DNA of 64,000 bases, from assembly GCA_964517155.1 (NCBI GenBank), contig CAZFAZ010000049.1:3012-67011 (forward strand), given 5' to 3'. Within the stretch, counting starts at the first letter, position 1; each line of letters starts with the position of its first letter. The notes under the pieces are model-generated. The model saw nothing but the letters and a program-made list of their open reading frames with translations. It had not been told where the DNA came from and ran no database searches. The translations under genes and the position numbers were made by a program. The DNA comes from an uncultured Thermoplasmatales archaeon. GTDB lineage: Archaea; Thermoplasmatota; E2; DHVEG-1. Shown here one piece after another: positions 47,866-58,516 of the stretch.

Positions 47866-50800
47866 TTGAACAACATGGGTGGGGATTTTTCAAATAACAT
47901 AGCAATAAGTAAAAACATGCAACAATACTTTGCAACTCTACAAGAGCAAATAGATGAATGTTACAAAATAGCAGTACAAGCAAGAAAAAAAGGATTAGAT
48001 CCAGAATACAACGTGGAAATACCACAAGCATTAGACCTTGCTGCTCGTGTAGAAGAACTAGTCGGACCAAAAAACATAGCGCCAAAAATACGTGAAACAA
48101 CAAAAAAAATACAAAACCGTGAACTCGTAAGCCTGGAACTTGCAAAATATATTGCAAGCGGCAAAAAATATAAATTCAAAACGACAGAACAAGCATTAGA
48201 TCAAGCAATAAGAACCGGTCTTGCAATACTTACAGAAGGCGTTCTAGTAGCACCACTTGAAGGAATAGCAGATGTAAAACTAGGGGCAAACAAAGACGGG
48301 ACAAACTATGTAGACCTTTATTTTTCAGGACCAATCCGCTCAGCAGGCGGAACTGGTCAGGCGATGAGTGTACTAATCGCAGATGTAGTAAGACGCGAGC
48401 TAAAAATAGGTAGATATCAACCAACAGATGGAGAAATAGAACGATACAAAGAAGAAATACCACTATACAAAAGAGCACAACACCTGCAGTATACTCCAAA
48501 TGTAGATGAAATAGATAAAATTGTAAGAAATTGTCCTATATGTATAAATGGAGAAGGTACAGAAGATGAAGAAGTAACAGGATACCGAGACCTGCCAAGG
48601 ATATCAACAAACCGACTTAGAGGCGGAGCATGTCTAGTAATAGCAGAAGGATTATGCTTAAAAGCACCAAAAATAATAAAACATGTAAAAAAACTCAGAC
48701 TCAAAGGATGGGATTTTTTAGATATATTTACACATAAAGAACAAACAGAAAATGAGAAAACAAATGGTATATCAGAAATACTTCCCTCAACAAAATACAT
48801 AGGTGAAGTAATAGCAGGGAGACCAGTATTTAGTCACCCTTCAAGAAAAGGAGGGTTCAGGTTAAGATACGGGCGAGCAAGAACCGCAGGGCTTGCATCA
48901 ACCGCAGTAAACCCTGCATCAATGTATGTACTAGATGAATTCATAGCTGTAGGAACACAACTAAAAACAGAAAGACCGGGTAAAGGAACAATAGGTACAC
49001 CCTGCACAACAATAGAAGGACCAATAGTACTTTTGCAAAACGGAGACTTAGTTCAATTCAATCATCCGAAAGAAATAAAAAAAATAGATATAAAAAAAAT
49101 TATAGACTTAGGTGAAATACTAATACCATTTGGTGAATTCATAGAAAACAACTCAATATTACCTGATTCAAGTTATGTCTACGAATGGTGGATACAAGAT
49201 CTACAAAAAAAACTAAAAACATTACCAGAAAAATACGACTTAAAAAATGTAGCTGAATCAGATAAAAAAACTTTTGAAAAAATAAAACAGCAAACAGATG
49301 AAGATATAAATCTAGAAAAACCAACATGGGGACAAGCATTAAACTTGTCAAAAAAATATGATATACCGCTTCATCCAAATTTCAATTTATTTTGGCATGA
49401 TCTAAAAACAGAAGATATCATAAAACTTGCAAAATATATAATTGAAAATGCAAGTTTTTCAGAAGAAAAACTAATTCTTCCAATAAATGATGAAATAAAA
49501 GAAATACTAATTGAACTAGGAGTATTACACAAACTAAGAGAAGAAAACTTTATTGTAGAACACTATGCAAAACCATTGATTTATTGTTTAGGGTTAGAAA
49601 TAAAAGAAAGTAAAATAATCAAAACAGAACGATTTACAAAAACTAACAAAAATGAAACAAACCCTGTAAAACTTGTATCAAATTTATCAAATATAAAAAT
49701 AAACCCGCGTGCACCTTTTAGAATAGGAACACGCATGGGTAGACCCGAAAAAGCAGCAGCAAGAAAAATGCGGCCGCCACCACATGTACTTTTTCCAATT
49801 GGAAACTATGGCGGAAATCAAAGATTAATAAGAAATGCAGCAGCCGCAGGAATAATAGAAGTTGAAGCAGGAACAAGAATTTGCCCGAAATGTAACAAAA
49901 AAACATACCGGCTTTTCTGCAGTTGTGGGGCGCATACAGAAATAGGAAATGGGCGAATAGAGCCACAGCAAATAAACCTTGCAGATGAACTAATAAAAGC
50001 TCAAAAATTCATAAAAGAAAGAATACTGCCTGAAACAATAAAAGGAGTAATAGGAACAATATCAAAACATAAAACACCGGAGCCCTTGGAAAAAGGGATA
50101 CTGCGAGCAAAACATAATGTGTATGTGTTTAAAGATGGAACAATTCGCTTTGATATGACCGATGCACCACTTACACATTTCAAACCAAGAGAAATACATG
50201 TTTCCATAGATAGATTACAGGAACTTGGGTATAAAACAGATTATCTGGGGGAAGAACTTGTTAGTGATGAACAAATATGTGAACTAAAGGTACAAGATGT
50301 AATAATTTCAAAAGCCTGTGCTGAATATTTTACTCAAGTTGCAAGATTCTTAGATGATTTACTTGTAAAATTTTATGATATGAGTCGTTTTTATAATATA
50401 CGTAAACTTGAGAATTTAACAGGACACTTGACTGTTGGTCTTGCGCCTCATACTTCCGCAGGGTCGCTCTCTAGAATAATTGGTTTTACAGATGCTCAAG
50501 TATGTTACTCTCATCCATTTTATCATGCAGCGAAAAGAAGGAATTGTCTTTCCGGAGATACTGAAATTTTAGTATCAAATTCAGATGATATGTTTAATAG
50601 ATGTTCTTTAAGTGATTTGTATAAGGAAATTAATTCTTCTGAAACTGTTGTAGACGATTTTGATACAAAAATGAAAAAGATATTTGATGTTAAAACGTTA
50701 TCTTTAAATCCTTTAGATGGAAGAAATGAAGTCAAAAAAATAAAATCAATTATTAAATCAAAATCTCCTAAACATCTTATTAAAGTTAAGTTATCCTCGG

Positions 50801-52755
50801 GTAGGACATTTGTTGCTTCACCGTATCATAATTTGCTTGTTTTATCTGATGGAAGGATTATTCGTAAGAAAGCAGTTCAATTACAAAAAAATGACATGTT
50901 TTTTGTATCAAAAGATGTAAATCTTGCTGAAAAGGATATTAAAGAAATCGACCTATTTGAAGAGGTTATCAATCTTGGTTATAAAGAAATTGTAGTACGA
51001 AATATAAGAGATTTTGTACAAAATTGTGTAGATTATTTAGGTGGATTAAAATCGGCTTCAGAAAAACTGAAATTAAATAAGAAAACTTTTTCGAATTATA
51101 TCTATAGAGATAGCATACCTTTTGAAGTACTCGATAAATTGACAAAAATTAGTAAGAAAGCTTTAAAAGATGTGCCCGAAAACTGTTATTTAGGTGTTAA
51201 AAGAGATCATGCAAAAATACCTAGAATAATAAAAGTCGATAATCATCTAATGCGTTTACTTGGTTATTATATTTCAGAGGGTCATGCAAGAAAGAAGGAT
51301 AAAGAATGTTATCAACTTGGATTTGCATGTACTGAAAAAGAAATTAGAGATGATATTGTTGAATGTATAAAGTATACATTTGGTATAAGGCCGTATATTA
51401 CAAAAAAAAGTGTATCAATATGTAATCATCTGGTTTATGATTTTTTTGTAAATGTATTAAAAGTTGGTAAGAAAGCAAAGAGTAAACAAATTCCAACCAA
51501 ATTTACATTGCTTCCAAAAAATAAGATAAAGCATCTTTTAAGAGCCTATTTTTCAGGGGATGGTTCTGTTGAAAAAAACAGACTGCATATAACATGTTCT
51601 TCTGCAAATAAACTTCTTTTGAGAGATATCGGCTTTCAGCTACTAAGATTTGGCATCTTTTATCGAATGAAAAAGGAAGAAAGAAAACCTTCAGGTATTG
51701 CAAAAAAATATTATGATAAAAAAGGAATCACCACTACTTTTAAACTTTATTATTTATCGATTCGCTCATCATATGCAAAAAAATTCTGTGAAGAGATTGG
51801 TTTTGCGCTTACAAGAAAACAAGTACGAATTAAGTCTTTATTGTCAAAAGAAAGAAAGCCAAGAGTTGAGTCTTTTGGTGATTTTGTAATTGATAAAATT
51901 AAAGATATTTCTTCTATAAAATCAGATTCAGATTATGTTTATGATATAGAAGTAGAAGAGCTACATAACTTTATGATAAACGATTTCTTAATAACAAATA
52001 ACTGCGATGGCGATGAAGACGGGCTCATGCTTTTATTAGATGCGCTTCTTAACTTTTCACATTCTTACATCCCTGATAAACGCGGTGGTAAAATGGATTT
52101 GCCTTTGATTCTTACCACTCGTATCGATCCTTCTGAAGTAGATAAAGAAGCACATAATATTGATACACTTTCTCGTTATCCACTTGATTTTTATAATGCA
52201 ACTCTTGTTCATGAGCATTCTAAAGAACTTGAGAAAAGTATGGGGCTTGTAGCATCTCGTCTTGGCACAGAGCTGCAGTATGAGCATTTTGGTTTTACAC
52301 ATGATACAGAGGATATTTCACAGGGCCCTGTTATGTCTAATTATAAGACTTTAAAGACTATGATGGATAAGATGAATGCACAGCTTAATTTGGCTGCTAA
52401 AATTCGTGCTGTTGATGAAGCTGATGTTGCATATAAGGTAATTGAGAGGCATTTTTTACCAGATATGCTTGGTAATCTTCGTGCTTTTAGTAAGCAGTCT
52501 GTTCGTTGTCCTAGTTGCAATATCGTTTATCGTCGTCCTCCTCTTCAGGGTGTTTGTACTATTTGTAAAGGTAAACTTACTCTTACGGTTCATGAGAAAT
52601 CTGTGAAGAAGTATCTTGAAATTTCAAAGGAGGTTGCTCAGCGTTATAATATTTCTCCTTATTCTCGTCAGCGTATCAAGCTTGTTGAAAAAGCTATTGA
52701 TTCACTTTTTATAAGTGATAAGGTTAAAACTACTAAACTTGATGATTTTTTTTAA
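47866..52755 (+). CDS. dp2: DNA polymerase D large subunit (DP2) containing one intein
   Basis: DP2 N-terminal region, Zn-binding Cys clusters, catalytic NCDGDEDG motif interrupted by intein; C-terminal CPSCN...CTICKG zinc finger. Confidence 0.9.
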   Translation: MNNMGGDFSNNIAISKNMQQYFATLQEQIDECYKIAVQARKKGLDPEYNVEIPQALDLAARVEELVGPKNIAPKIRETTKKIQNRELVSLELAKYIASGKKYKFKTTEQALDQAIRTGLAILTEGVLVAPLEGIADVKLGANKDGTNYVDLYFSGPIRSAGGTGQAMSVLIADVVRRELKIGRYQPTDGEIERYKEEIPLYKRAQHLQYTPNVDEIDKIVRNCPICINGEGTEDEEVTGYRDLPRISTNRLRGGACLVIAEGLCLKAPKIIKHVKKLRLKGWDFLDIFTHKEQTENEKTNGISEILPSTKYIGEVIAGRPVFSHPSRKGGFRLRYGRARTAGLASTAVNPASMYVLDEFIAVGTQLKTERPGKGTIGTPCTTIEGPIVLLQNGDLVQFNHPKEIKKIDIKKIIDLGEILIPFGEFIENNSILPDSSYVYEWWIQDLQKKLKTLPEKYDLKNVAESDKKTFEKIKQQTDEDINLEKPTWGQALNLSKKYDIPLHPNFNLFWHDLKTEDIIKLAKYIIENASFSEEKLILPINDEIKEILIELGVLHKLREENFIVEHYAKPLIYCLGLEIKESKIIKTERFTKTNKNETNPVKLVSNLSNIKINPRAPFRIGTRMGRPEKAAARKMRPPPHVLFPIGNYGGNQRLIRNAAAAGIIEVEAGTRICPKCNKKTYRLFCSCGAHTEIGNGRIEPQQINLADELIKAQKFIKERILPETIKGVIGTISKHKTPEPLEKGILRAKHNVYVFKDGTIRFDMTDAPLTHFKPREIHVSIDRLQELGYKTDYLGEELVSDEQICELKVQDVIISKACAEYFTQVARFLDDLLVKFYDMSRFYNIRKLENLTGHLTVGLAPHTSAGSLSRIIGFTDAQVCYSHPFYHAAKRRNCLSGDTEILVSNSDDMFNRCSLSDLYKEINSSETVVDDFDTKMKKIFDVKTLSLNPLDGRNEVKKIKSIIKSKSPKHLIKVKLSSGRTFVASPYHNLLVLSDGRIIRKKAVQLQKNDMFFVSKDVNLAEKDIKEIDLFEEVINLGYKEIVVRNIRDFVQNCVDYLGGLKSASEKLKLNKKTFSNYIYRDSIPFEVLDKLTKISKKALKDVPENCYLGVKRDHAKIPRIIKVDNHLMRLLGYYISEGHARKKDKECYQLGFACTEKEIRDDIVECIKYTFGIRPYITKKSVSICNHLVYDFFVNVLKVGKKAKSKQIPTKFTLLPKNKIKHLLRAYFSGDGSVEKNRLHITCSSANKLLLRDIGFQLLRFGIFYRMKKEERKPSGIAKKYYDKKGITTTFKLYYLSIRSSYAKKFCEEIGFALTRKQVRIKSLLSKERKPRVESFGDFVIDKIKDISSIKSDSDYVYDIEVEELHNFMINDFLITNNCDGDEDGLMLLLDALLNFSHSYIPDKRGGKMDLPLILTTRIDPSEVDKEAHNIDTLSRYPLDFYNATLVHEHSKELEKSMGLVASRLGTELQYEHFGFTHDTEDISQGPVMSNYKTLKTMMDKMNAQLNLAAKIRAVDEADVAYKVIERHFLPDMLGNLRAFSKQSVRCPSCNIVYRRPPLQGVCTICKGKLTLTVHEKSVKKYLEISKEVAQRYNISPYSRQRIKLVEKAIDSLFISDKVKTTKLDDFF
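50545..52002 (+). mobile_element. Intein (486 aa) with LAGLIDADG homing endonuclease inserted in DP2 catalytic motif
   Basis: Begins CLSGDTEILV after extein ...AAKRRN; ends ...VYDIEVEELHNFMINDFLITNN followed by extein CDGDEDG; LAGLIDADG blocks LLGYYISEGH and LRAYFSGDGS. Confidence 0.85.
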
Positions 52756-52836
52756 AAAGCTAATTTTTAAAGATTTTAAAGCATAACCTTCAAATATCAT
52801 TGTATTATATGCTATGAATGTAAGGAGTTTGTTGTA

Positions 52837-53097
52837 ATGGTTGAAAATATGATTCGTCAAACAAGCAAGAAAAAATGGTACACGATGTCTATATACATTA
52901 ATATTGTACTGTTCTTCATTGTTGCATTGTTTACTTATTTCCTGGTTAGGGACTCTATTGACTTTGGCCGGGGAATCTTAGGTCGTGACGGCTGGATGTA
53001 TATTGCTCGTGATATAGCATTTATGACAATTGCAGTAGCATTGATATTCTTCCAGTTCTTCAGAAACCTATTTGTGATCATTAAAAGGTCGCTATAA
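52837..53097 (+). CDS. Small two-TM membrane protein
   Basis: 86 aa; SD AAGGAG 9 nt upstream of ATG; two hydrophobic helices. Confidence 0.4.
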   Translation: MVENMIRQTSKKKWYTMSIYINIVLFFIVALFTYFLVRDSIDFGRGILGRDGWMYIARDIAFMTIAVALIFFQFFRNLFVIIKRSL

Positions 53098-53109
53098 AAG
53101 ATAGATACC

Positions 53110-53455
53110 TTGTTTGGCGATAGGTGTGGGATAGACTGGGGAGGTAGGCGTTCCCTGTTATCAGAAATCGCCTTTATGCTGAGGTCGAACCCAAGAGGCG
53201 ATGCGTCGAGCATTTATTGATCCATTTGTTAACTATGAGACCTTGTCCTTTGGGATTAGAGGTGATGGCTTCATATAACTGGAGAGTTATATGTCCATCT
53301 TAGCTGCGGGAACCGGGTGAGGCACGGAAGTGAGCAGCCTTACCGCAGACTGCTGATGCTCGAAGGGTTAACGGGGTCGAGAAGGCATTTGGGTAGTCAA
53401 TATTTGCCACGTGCACCCACTCGCGGAGTTCTCACACCCGCTAAAAATACATTTA
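53110..53455 (+). ncRNA. Signal recognition particle RNA (archaeal 7S RNA)
   Basis: GC-rich structured island in AT-rich genome; domain IV/helix 8 motif GGCACGGAAGUGAGCAGCCUUACCGCAGA at 53319-53347 closely matching conserved SRP RNA GGUCCGGAAGGAAGCAGCC...GCAGA; 5' GGTGTGGG and 3' CACACCC ends complementary; several internal hairpins. Confidence 0.7.
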
Positions 53456-53528
53456 GTAAGGTTCTAAAAATCTTTATAAAACAAAGGCTGTTATCATTTT
53501 TTTACCTTTAGTTTTGGGGGAATAGTAT

Positions 53529-55637
53529 TTGGTAAAATTACTTAAGGATGAAAGTTTAGTCGCAGAGTGGCAGAAATTCTTTGAAGATAATTGTAAATCA
53601 CAACTTGAAAATGTTGCTCTTTCTTATCCTGAGAAACGTAGTCTTTTTGTTGATTATTGGGATATTGATAAAGCAGATTCTAAACTGGCTGAACTTGTTC
53701 TTGAGCAGCCGTATAAAGCTTTTTTTAATGCTGAAGAGGCTCTTAAAAATATTGATGTTGCAGCTGAAAATAAGCTTCATCTTAATTTTCGTGTAAAGAA
53801 TCTTCCTGATACTAGTCGTATTATTATTCGTCGTATACGTTCTAATCATCTGGGTAAAATGATGGCAATCGATGGTCTTGTCAAGAAGCGTACTGAGGTT
53901 CGTCCTAAGCTTTTGGTTGCAGCTTTTCAGTGTGTGAAGTGTGGTGCTGTTATTCGTATTGAGCAGGATGAAGATATTTTTAAGGAGCCTTCTGAGTGTT
54001 ATGAGGATCAAGGTGGTTGCAGTCGTGTTTCTAGTTTTAAACTTTTATCTAATCTTTCTGAGTTTATTGATAGTCAAAAAATTGAGATTCAGGAGAACCC
54101 TGAGGGTTTGCGGGGCGGTGCGCAGCCTGAGCGTATAACTGTTTTTTTAGAAGATGATCTTGTAGGTGAGATTCAGCCGGGTGACCGAGTTGTAGTCAAT
54201 GGTATTTTGCATTCTATGCAGCGTCGTCGTGGTACATATAAGCTTACTTCTTTTGATAAGACAATGAATGCTATTAGTATTGAGAGTCAGGAGCTTGCTT
54301 TTGAGGAGGTAGAAGTTACTCCTGAGGACGAAAAAGAGATAATTGGGGTTAGTAAGGATCCCCAGATTTATGATAAGATGATTTCTAGTATTGCACCTAC
54401 TATTTATGGTATGGGTGTTGAAAAGGAGGCGTTTCTTTTGCAGCTTTTTGGAGGTATTGCAAAAGATATGCCGGATGGTACTCGTATCCGTGGTGATATT
54501 CATTCACTTCTTGTTGGTGATCCTGGTACTGCAAAGTCTCAGATGCTTACTTATATGAGTAAGCTTAGTCCGCGTAGTGTTTATGCTTCAGGTAAAGCTT
54601 CTTCTGCAGCAGGTCTGACAGCTGCTGCTGTTCGTGATGAGTTTGGTGAAGGTCAGTGGACGCTTGAAGCAGGTGCTCTTGTTCTTGCTGATATGGGTAT
54701 TGCATGTATTGATGAGATAGATAAAATGGATGATCAAGACCGTAGTTCTTTGCATCAGGCTATGGAGCAGCAGGAGATTAGCGTTGCAAAAGCAGGCATT
54801 AATGCAACTCTTAAATCTCGTTGTGCAATTTTTGCAGCTGCTAATCCAAAACTTGGTCGTTTTGATGAGTTTTTACCTATGCATGAGCAGATAAATATGC
54901 CGCCCGCTCTTATTTCTCGTTTTGATCTTATTTTTTCGATAATTGATAAACCTAACAGGAAACAGGATGGTGCTCTTGCGGATCATATTTTGTCGACTCA
55001 TAAAGCAGGCGAGGTTTCACAAAACATTAAAGGGTTTAAAAAATCAAAATATACTAAAAAAGAACAAGAATCTCTCTTAAAAATAGTTAAACCTGTTTTT
55101 GAGCCAGAGTTTTTACGTAAATATGTTGCTTATGCTAAGCGTAATATTTTCCCTGTTCTTTCTGATGATGCACTTGAAATGATTAAGAATTATTATGTTG
55201 ATTTCAGAAATTCTTCTGAGGATACTGTTGCATTTACCCCGAGGCAGCTTGAAGCATTTGTGCGTCTTGCTGAGGCTAGTGCAAAGATTAGACTTAGTCA
55301 GGAGGCAACAATTGAGGATGCAAAACGCTCTATTCATATAATTGAGCAGTATCTGCGTCGTGTTGGTATGGATAGAGAAACTGGTAAGTTTGATATTGAT
55401 ATAATAGCCACGGGTATTTCTCATAGTCAGCATGATAGAATGCGAATTATAATGGATTTAATTCAGAGGCTTTGCACTGAAGCAAAAGATGGTAATGCGG
55501 CTCGTAGTGATATTATTCAGGAAGCAGAAATAGAAGGTCTTGAGTCAAGTAAAGTTGAAGAAGCACTTGACCGGCTTAAGCGCCAGGGTCAGATTTATGA
55601 GCCTGTTCATGGTAAATATAAGATTACTGAGTATTAA
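53529..55637 (+). CDS. mcm: MCM replicative helicase
   Basis: C4 zinc finger (CVKCG...C), Walker A GDPGTAKSQ, Walker B CIDEIDKMD, arginine finger SRFDL, C-terminal winged helix. Confidence 0.9.
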   Translation: MVKLLKDESLVAEWQKFFEDNCKSQLENVALSYPEKRSLFVDYWDIDKADSKLAELVLEQPYKAFFNAEEALKNIDVAAENKLHLNFRVKNLPDTSRIIIRRIRSNHLGKMMAIDGLVKKRTEVRPKLLVAAFQCVKCGAVIRIEQDEDIFKEPSECYEDQGGCSRVSSFKLLSNLSEFIDSQKIEIQENPEGLRGGAQPERITVFLEDDLVGEIQPGDRVVVNGILHSMQRRRGTYKLTSFDKTMNAISIESQELAFEEVEVTPEDEKEIIGVSKDPQIYDKMISSIAPTIYGMGVEKEAFLLQLFGGIAKDMPDGTRIRGDIHSLLVGDPGTAKSQMLTYMSKLSPRSVYASGKASSAAGLTAAAVRDEFGEGQWTLEAGALVLADMGIACIDEIDKMDDQDRSSLHQAMEQQEISVAKAGINATLKSRCAIFAAANPKLGRFDEFLPMHEQINMPPALISRFDLIFSIIDKPNRKQDGALADHILSTHKAGEVSQNIKGFKKSKYTKKEQESLLKIVKPVFEPEFLRKYVAYAKRNIFPVLSDDALEMIKNYYVDFRNSSEDTVAFTPRQLEAFVRLAEASAKIRLSQEATIEDAKRSIHIIEQYLRRVGMDRETGKFDIDIIATGISHSQHDRMRIIMDLIQRLCTEAKDGNAARSDIIQEAEIEGLESSKVEEALDRLKRQGQIYEPVHGKYKITEY

Positions 55638-55737
55638 TCAGAAAGTTGTGGCGTTATTACTTTTCTTATCCTTACTATTTTTAAAATTATCATTGCGTAA
55701 GTAATCAATTTTGATTACCTGCGCATAAAAATTTTTA

Positions 55738-56088
55738 TCAGATTTTAGGTGAAGATAGTTTACTTATTGCTTTTCTAATATTTTCTCTTTCTCTTTCACC
55801 TAGCTCCGATACTATATAATCTGTAAACTTTGTTTTTATATCGTTCCAGTTTAGAGTTGTTATTCCAAAATCATGTTTTCTGTTGCCGCTTGATGCTTTG
55901 CATATTCTAGGCATCATCTGCTGGGAATTTGCATTATCCATATGCATTACATAGTTTTTCTTAAGAGTTTTTTTCTCAAGAACGTATATCTCAAATTTTC
56001 TGTTGAAATATTTAAAATTAGGATCTTTTTCGTAGTATCTATATTCCAGTTCAAAATTTTTATTTATAGGTATTGTTCCTCTATTCAT
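55738..56088 (-). CDS. Hypothetical protein
   Basis: 116 aa hydrophilic ORF, no recognisable motif. Confidence 0.35.
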   Translation of the reverse strand: MNRGTIPINKNFELEYRYYEKDPNFKYFNRKFEIYVLEKKTLKKNYVMHMDNANSQQMMPRICKASSGNRKHDFGITTLNWNDIKTKFTDYIVSELGERERENIRKAISKLSSPKI

Positions 56089-56259
56089 AGTGCATCCTCA
56101 TAAAATGTAAATATGATTTAGAATTTAATATTTTTTAATTTTTTAATAGAAATAAAAAAACAAAACTGCAAATCAAATTACGGTAATTCTGATTACCAAC
56201 TTTATTAATCGAGAAAATGAGTTGAAATAATTAAAAGATAAAAATTGTTGGACTATTTT

Positions 56260-58458
56260 TTAGTCCAAATAATAACTTGCTGGATATGGCTCTGGTTTGA
56301 GTCCTTTTCTTTCTCTTATCTTTTTAATCACTTGTTCTTGTAAATGTTTTGGCATAGGCTCAAAGCCCATGTTTTCAGTATTCCATAGGACACGACCGCC
56401 AGTTGCACTTCTAATTGCTGATGCAAACCCAAACATCTCAGATACCGGTGCTTTTGAATCGATATTTACCATATCGCCTTCTGTGGTCATATCTCTTACT
56501 TCTGCACGTCTCTGATTAAGCTCACGACTTGCATCGCCCATTATTTCTTGTGGTGTACTGATAAAAACTTTTTGCATGGGTTCAAGCAGTATTGGATCAG
56601 ATATTGTAATTGAGCCATAGATAGCATTTCTTGCAGCAGGTATTACCTGTGCAGGACCGCGATGTATTGCGTCTTCGTGAAGTTTTGCATCCACTAGTTT
56701 TACAAAAACACCCTGGCAAGGTTCACTAGCAGTAGGTCCACTTTTCATTACTTCATCAAATGCTTCTTTTATTAGTTCTCTTGTTTCGAACAAATATTGT
56801 ATACCTTTTGTTACATCTGCAATCATGTTTGTACCATAAATTCCAAATACACCTTTTGCTTCTTCTTTAGTCATTCCCAGTTCTTGTAGTTTTTTGACTA
56901 CGTCATTTTTAAATTTTCTAACATTTTCTGGGATTTCATTGTTTTTAAGCGCATTTATTATGTTTTCTGGAAGTGGTTCTACTTCTATATAAAATCTGTT
57001 ATGTTTATTTGGTGATTTACCTTCAAACTTCTGCGGACTTTTTTTACCAACTGATTCACGATAAACAACAATAGGCTCTGAACAGATTATATCAAGTTTA
57101 TGATCATTTCTAATTCTATATTCAGTGATTTCAAGATGAAGCTCACCCATTCCGCTCATTAAATTCTCACCTGTTTCCTGGTTTATAGATATCTGAATAC
57201 TTGGATCTGCTTTAGAAATAGAGCGTAAAACCTCAATGAGTTTAGGTAAATCTTTCATGCTTTTTGCTTCAACGGCAACAGTTACAACTGGTTCACTTAC
57301 ATGAACAATTCTTTCAAAAGGCTCAGCATCTGGTTCATCTGTAACAGTACTGCCCGCAATTGCATCTTTTATACCTGTTACTGCTGCGATATTTCCAGCT
57401 GATACATATTCTACAGGGATTCTATCGATTGCAACCATTACATTTACTTGTTGGACGCGGTTTTTATTAGGCATTCCAGCAACGTATAATTCTTGTCCGC
57501 GCTGTATTTTACCAGAGTACATGCGGCCTATTGCAATTTCTCCCGCGTGAGAATCTAATATAATTTTTGTAACCATAAGCGCAAGAGGGCCGTCTTCTTT
57601 ACAGTCAATCATACTTTTTCCAAGCTTACTTTGTGCATCTCCACGCCATATATGCGGAATCCTGTATTTTTGTGCAACAGCCGGGCTTGGTAAATTATCA
57701 ATAACCATATCTAAGACGACTTGATGAATTGGTGCTTTTTTAGCAAGTGTTTTTTGATCATTTTTATTACAATATTCATAGATATCTCTAAAAGTTAAAC
57801 CTGTTTCTTTCATATAAGGAACAGATATTGCCCAGTTATTAAAAGCAGAGCCAAAAGCAACAGTCCCCTCTTCAGCTTTTGCATTCCATTTACCTTTAAA
57901 CTCTTCAGGTAAAACCTTGTTTAAAAGTTGATTATATTTTGTAATTATTTTTGCAAAACGCTGCTGCATCTCTTCAGGAGAAAGTTTAAGCTCATTTATG
58001 AGACGATCAACCTTATTTATGAATAATACTGGGCGTACTTTTTCACGCATTGCCTGACGGATAACTGTTTCTGTTTGTGGCATAGCCCCTTCTACAGCGC
58101 ATACTAAAACTATCGCACCGTCAACTGCACGCATCGCACGAGTAACATCTCCGCCAAAATCTACGTGACCTGGTGTGTCAAGCAGGTTAATTAGATAATC
58201 TTTACCTTCAAAGGTGTGAACCATTGATGCAGATGCAGTATTTATTGTAATACCACGATCTTGTTCTTGACCTTCGTAATCAAGAACTAGTTGTTTACCG
58301 GCAAGTTCTTCACTCATCATACCGCAGCCTGCAAGTAAGTTATCTGAAAAAGTTGTTTTGCCATGATCAATATGAGCTGCAATACCAATATTTCTAATTT
58401 GATCAAGTTTATTCATTAAATTTTTTGCTTTTGCAATATTATCTTCTTTTCGCCCCAT
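56260..58458 (-). CDS. fusA: Translation elongation factor 2 (aEF-2)
   Basis: GTPase motifs AHIDHGKTT, DTPGHVDF, NKVD; full-length EF-2 domain order; downstream of S12-S7. Confidence 0.95.
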   Translation of the reverse strand: MGRKEDNIAKAKNLMNKLDQIRNIGIAAHIDHGKTTFSDNLLAGCGMMSEELAGKQLVLDYEGQEQDRGITINTASASMVHTFEGKDYLINLLDTPGHVDFGGDVTRAMRAVDGAIVLVCAVEGAMPQTETVIRQAMREKVRPVLFINKVDRLINELKLSPEEMQQRFAKIITKYNQLLNKVLPEEFKGKWNAKAEEGTVAFGSAFNNWAISVPYMKETGLTFRDIYEYCNKNDQKTLAKKAPIHQVVLDMVIDNLPSPAVAQKYRIPHIWRGDAQSKLGKSMIDCKEDGPLALMVTKIILDSHAGEIAIGRMYSGKIQRGQELYVAGMPNKNRVQQVNVMVAIDRIPVEYVSAGNIAAVTGIKDAIAGSTVTDEPDAEPFERIVHVSEPVVTVAVEAKSMKDLPKLIEVLRSISKADPSIQISINQETGENLMSGMGELHLEITEYRIRNDHKLDIICSEPIVVYRESVGKKSPQKFEGKSPNKHNRFYIEVEPLPENIINALKNNEIPENVRKFKNDVVKKLQELGMTKEEAKGVFGIYGTNMIADVTKGIQYLFETRELIKEAFDEVMKSGPTASEPCQGVFVKLVDAKLHEDAIHRGPAQVIPAARNAIYGSITISDPILLEPMQKVFISTPQEIMGDASRELNQRRAEVRDMTTEGDMVNIDSKAPVSEMFGFASAIRSATGGRVLWNTENMGFEPMPKHLQEQVIKKIRERKGLKPEPYPASYYLD

Positions 58459-58516
58459 TTTAACACTCCTGTCAATTGTTTATTTTAAATAAATTTTAAG
58501 ATTTTTAACTTTAATT

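Noticed and set aside
52935-53511. ORFs 52935-53213 (minus) and 53317-53511 (plus)
   Set aside because: They overlap the SRP RNA gene; the GC-rich structured RNA explains the open frames.
53598-54011. Antisense ORFs inside large genes (for example 53598-54011 in mcm, 47861-48157 and 49139-49378 in dp2, 552-746 and 1221-1439 in the C1 peptidase, 9745-10068 in AcnX large)
   Set aside because: They lie entirely within, and antisense or out of frame to, well-supported conserved genes; low-complexity translations typical of AT-rich antisense frames.
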